Under the pieces are notes generated by a model. It searched no databases. It had not been told where the DNA came from and worked only from the letters and a program-made list of their open reading frames with translations. From positions 1 through 64,000 of the forward strand of contig CAXHJY010001714.1 of assembly GCA_964016885.1 (NCBI GenBank): a stretch of 64,000 bases of DNA. The letters are read 5' to 3'. This document shows, piece by piece, positions 60,173 through 64,000 of this stretch (positions are counted from its first letter, which is position 1; every line of letters starts with the position of its first letter). Origin of the DNA: Eledone cirrhosa. Lineage: Eukaryota. The position numbers and the translations under genes were made by a program.

Positions 60173-63100
60173 GAATGGCATATTATTACTGTTATTCACT
60201 CAAATTCATTTAGGTATCCACCACATTAAGAGCGAAAACAAATTTTGTTTTTTAAAATCTTAGTTTAATGAAAATGATTTTGTGCCAGGTTTACAAAGTT
60301 TATTTTAGTGTGAAGTATTGAATTTTTTTTTAATGTATTATGTGTGGACCTATGGGCTTAGGAATGGAGATGGAGTGGGTTTGATGTCAGTGGTGAAGGA
60401 CAAAAGACTCGGTGTTTACAAGTGTGTGGAATGAAATGGACCTCCATTAGTTTCGATGATGAGTGTTTCAGTTGTTCAATCAATTAAATAGCCTGCTCAT
60501 GAAATTAATGTACAAGTGGCTGAGCATTCCACAAACAGGTGTTAACATAAAAGGCTGAGGTGGGTGAGAGATGTCATGTTGAAATGGGTATAGCTTTTAT
60601 TATCTAAAATGTCCCAATTTGGAGGCCCTGTTTTTGATGGTACTCCCTGTTTGGGTTTTTAGAGGTTGGCAGGTCTGCTTTGAATTGCAGGAACAGTCAA
60701 TCCAACAAACCACAAAAAGAATAGGAAATGAAAGACTATGTTTATGACCTGTCCATAAATAACTAATAGATGAAAGCAGGAACCTGATCTCATGGTAATG
60801 CAATGAGTAACATAAAAAGGATATTATATTGTGTAATTCTACTCTGTTTGAATGAATGTTACATAACATGTAACAATACGAAATTGCATCATATATTTTG
60901 TCACAAATGTTTGGAATCTGACCAGTGGAAACATGATACATAGTGAATGGAAAAAGAGGTTTCTCATAACTAAATGGGTTGATAATTTCTAATTTAGGCA
61001 CAAGGCCAATAATTTGTGGGGAAGGGAAAGTTAATTACATCAATCCCAATACATGTCTGGTACTTTGTTTTATTAACAACTGGAGGCTAGAAGCCTGTGT
61101 TGATTTTGGTGGGATTTGAACTGAGATATAACAATGTCGCAAAGTGTTCTTTCCAATGTTCTAATGATTCTGCTAATCCACTGCCCTGGACCGGAGAATA
61201 GAGAAACTAAGTCAGAATCAACAATTGTCAAAAAAAAAACAGATTGACGAGAATTGAAAACTCAATGTTATACAATAAGAAAAACAGCCATTTTTATTTA
61301 TAGGAGGTACTGGAAAAAGGAAAGCCCCCAGGTGCCTACGTCTTTCTTTATTTTATCTAAATAAGGACACTTAGTTGGCAAAGTGTAATATATGAGATAC
61401 GGTCAGCTTGTAGCGAATGACTTACTGGTTGTAACCTGGACACCAAATATAAATGTGATAGACATCAGAAAAGGACTAAGATTTCTGGCACTCATATTCA
61501 ATGGTTGTTGGTGTGAGGCTCTACTTTTTGGACACACAGAGACTTGGGATTACTGTTCTTAAATTAATATATATTGCAAGAGGACTGGATAGTCAAATAG
61601 ACTAGATATCTTTTGAATAGGAATGGCAGTTACCATTCATATTTAGCAATGGAACTGGACAGTCAAAGAAACTAAATATATTCTTGAAGACATGCTGAAC
61701 AGAAACAATAGTTGTCCGGTCATGTTTATGACTGGGACTGGACAGTTTGGTAATACTGGAACTATGACAAAAAGCAGCCTGTCCACCCTGTTACAAATAT
61801 AGTACCCAGTCTAGAAACCAAGCCCCAAACAAATCGATATGAGTAAGATGTGGTCACCTGACCTGGCAAGCATAGAAAATAGACCATACACGGTAATGAT
61901 GATATTCCTGAAGATATTTTGACCAGTCATGTTTATGACAACGGGACAAGACTGTCAAATATTGCTGAAGACATCCCACTCATTAGTTTTAGGGTAGGAA
62001 TGGATAACAAAGGTATATGATTTTACTGAGATTGTCCATTAAGATCAAATCTATCAACAAACTTCAGTTGTCTGTTAGATAAAGATTTTTTTTTCAACTA
62101 GTGTAAATGCAAAGAGGATCTAAATATTTAGTTCTCTTGAATAAGCAAGAACAATAAGCTTCATTTGAACTGGGACCACTTCTTACCTACAAGTCAATGA
62201 TACACCACAGTGCAGTTTTAACTGTGGGAAGGTAGATAGATTAACCTTTTATCCAAGTAGAATGCTTTTTCATTCACTAAATAAATTGACCTTTAATAGA
62301 AATCTGAATTTTTGCTATACAGGTTTGAGCTCTTACATCAGGCAATTTAGGACCAGGCCATTACCCACTCATGGGAAAATACCAAAAAACAGTCCACAAA
62401 ACAATCTTGCCACTTCATATATACACTGATATCTTATCAAAGCTTAAAAAAGGAAATAATACAACTAATTAATGCTGTTTTGAGTTATATAAACTCTAAA
62501 ACCAAAACTAAAAGTACAAGGTACATGTAGGATGATTTAAAAAGTACTGACCCATGGAGTGCCAGATTTGAAAGGTCCTACTTGTATTGGTTTTATTTCA
62601 AAGCTATTAAGTATGAGTAAACTAGAATTAGTGTAGACTGTGATCACAATTTTGGTATCTTACTAACTCAGGCTGGAAAGAATACAAATATAAACTTCAG
62701 AGAATATTTATACTAACATTGTCACTGGAATGACAAAAAATATATTTCATGCATGGAAGATTTGACACAAAAAGGTCCATAGTTATTTAAAAAAAAAAAA
62801 TAACATGAAAATTACCCTGGGAAAAAGTTTAAATATATAATGCATTATTTTACTTTGTACCAAATCAATAAAAAAACAACAGGATCATGCCTATTTGACA
62901 AAGTCATACTTTGAATATGTAGCAGTAAATTTCAGCTCTTCAGTATTTGTACTGCTTGGAGCTCTATTGATGATCATTAAAGCCATTGGGACTACAACCT
63001 TACTTGGAAATATTTTATATTGTTCTCTACTAAAATATAACTGCATTATACAAGACTTTGTGTGGAACTTGCAGCATATATTAGTTGTTGTGAAATGCAT

Positions 63101-63327
63101 GGATAAAATTAGATCAAGAGCATTAAACAGATAAGAATACAGAATATTGTGAAATATTAGATTTAGAATATGTCAATCTTGTTCTCCATTGTGAGTTGTG
63201 CTGACTTTCTAGAGGACTGATCATGAGTCAATTTTTGAAAAAGACTGCTCATAATTTTCAAGAGCTACACAACAAAAAATTTCTTTTATAATAACAATTT
63301 GTTAATTGATTTAGTATATTTAATTAA

Positions 63328-63541
63328 CTCTTAACATCCTGTAATAATTTAGCAGAAAATATCTCCTAACAGGTTTGTTGATTCAAATGCTTATAGAACC
63401 CTTTACTTCTGAACAGATTGTGAAAATTTGCTATATAAAAGTAAAGACTTTAATTTTTAATATGATACTATCAAAGTGCTGTTTTGTATTTTTCAAGAAT
63501 GTCTTGCTAATGTAGTTTGATGTGGTACAGGAGGCTAAGAG
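63328..63541. mobile_element. TTAA-flanked MITE
   Basis: TTAA|ctcttaacatcctgta ... tacaggaggctaagag|TTAA. Confidence 0.7.
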
Positions 63542-64000
63542 TTAAGTAATTAGCCATTTCACTGATCTAAATTTGAAACAGATTTGTCTAATTCAAGTAT
63601 TTTTACTAGTGGACAGAGAGTTGTAAGAATTTGTGGTATTAATTTTTAATGTGATGCAGTCATATCACTTTTTAAAACTTTTTAAGAATGTCTTGCTAAT
63701 ATGGTTTCGTGTGGTACAGGACTTTAAGAGTTAAATGCTAGGCACAATCGAAAGACTCAAAAGTCTCATCAATGTGAGTAATCTTTACACTGTTCTTTTA
63801 TTTTAATATTGAATCATTAGATCATGTAAAAAATATTAAATATATCTTTTCTTTTACATCATCATCATTGTTATCATTGTCATCATTTAACATCTGCTCC
63901 TCACGACCCAGTCTACACTGTAAAGTGGTTGTATAGGTGTCACGACAAAAAGCACCCAGCCCACACTGTAAAATGATTGTGTAGAGATCACAACAAAAAA

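Overview
AT-rich, microsatellite- and transposon-dense animal genomic DNA. The SINE/LINE repertoire is consistent with an octopus or other coleoid cephalopod (inference). Two host genes are visible. (1) A complete 10-exon RRS1 ribosome-biogenesis gene on + (ATG 34239, TAA 57628; spliced CDS 1014 nt = 337 aa; all introns GT-AG with phases that join). (2) The first coding exon of a BAR-domain RhoGAP (ARHGAP17/44 family) on - at 10190-10269, which the ORF track misses. The rest is mostly mobile DNA: many RTE-clade LINE copies (one near full length, carrying a C4HC3 PHD-type finger inside the RT region), tRNA-derived SINEs, three mariner relics, a Tigger/pogo relic, TTAA-flanked MITEs, and CRE-like and Rex3-like LINE tails. 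The most unusual structure is in RRS1 intron 6: a (TA)n-embedded Penelope-like remnant with an apparently intact minimal hammerhead ribozyme, next to a ~24-copy 47-bp minisatellite that is itself split by a young RTE insertion. Also notable are a family of (TA)n-embedded fold-back elements, a perfect 39-bp inverted repeat in RRS1 intron 2, and a SINE insertion carrying an exact 70-bp copy of nearby intron sequence. All calls are by eye; no database searches or folding programs were run.
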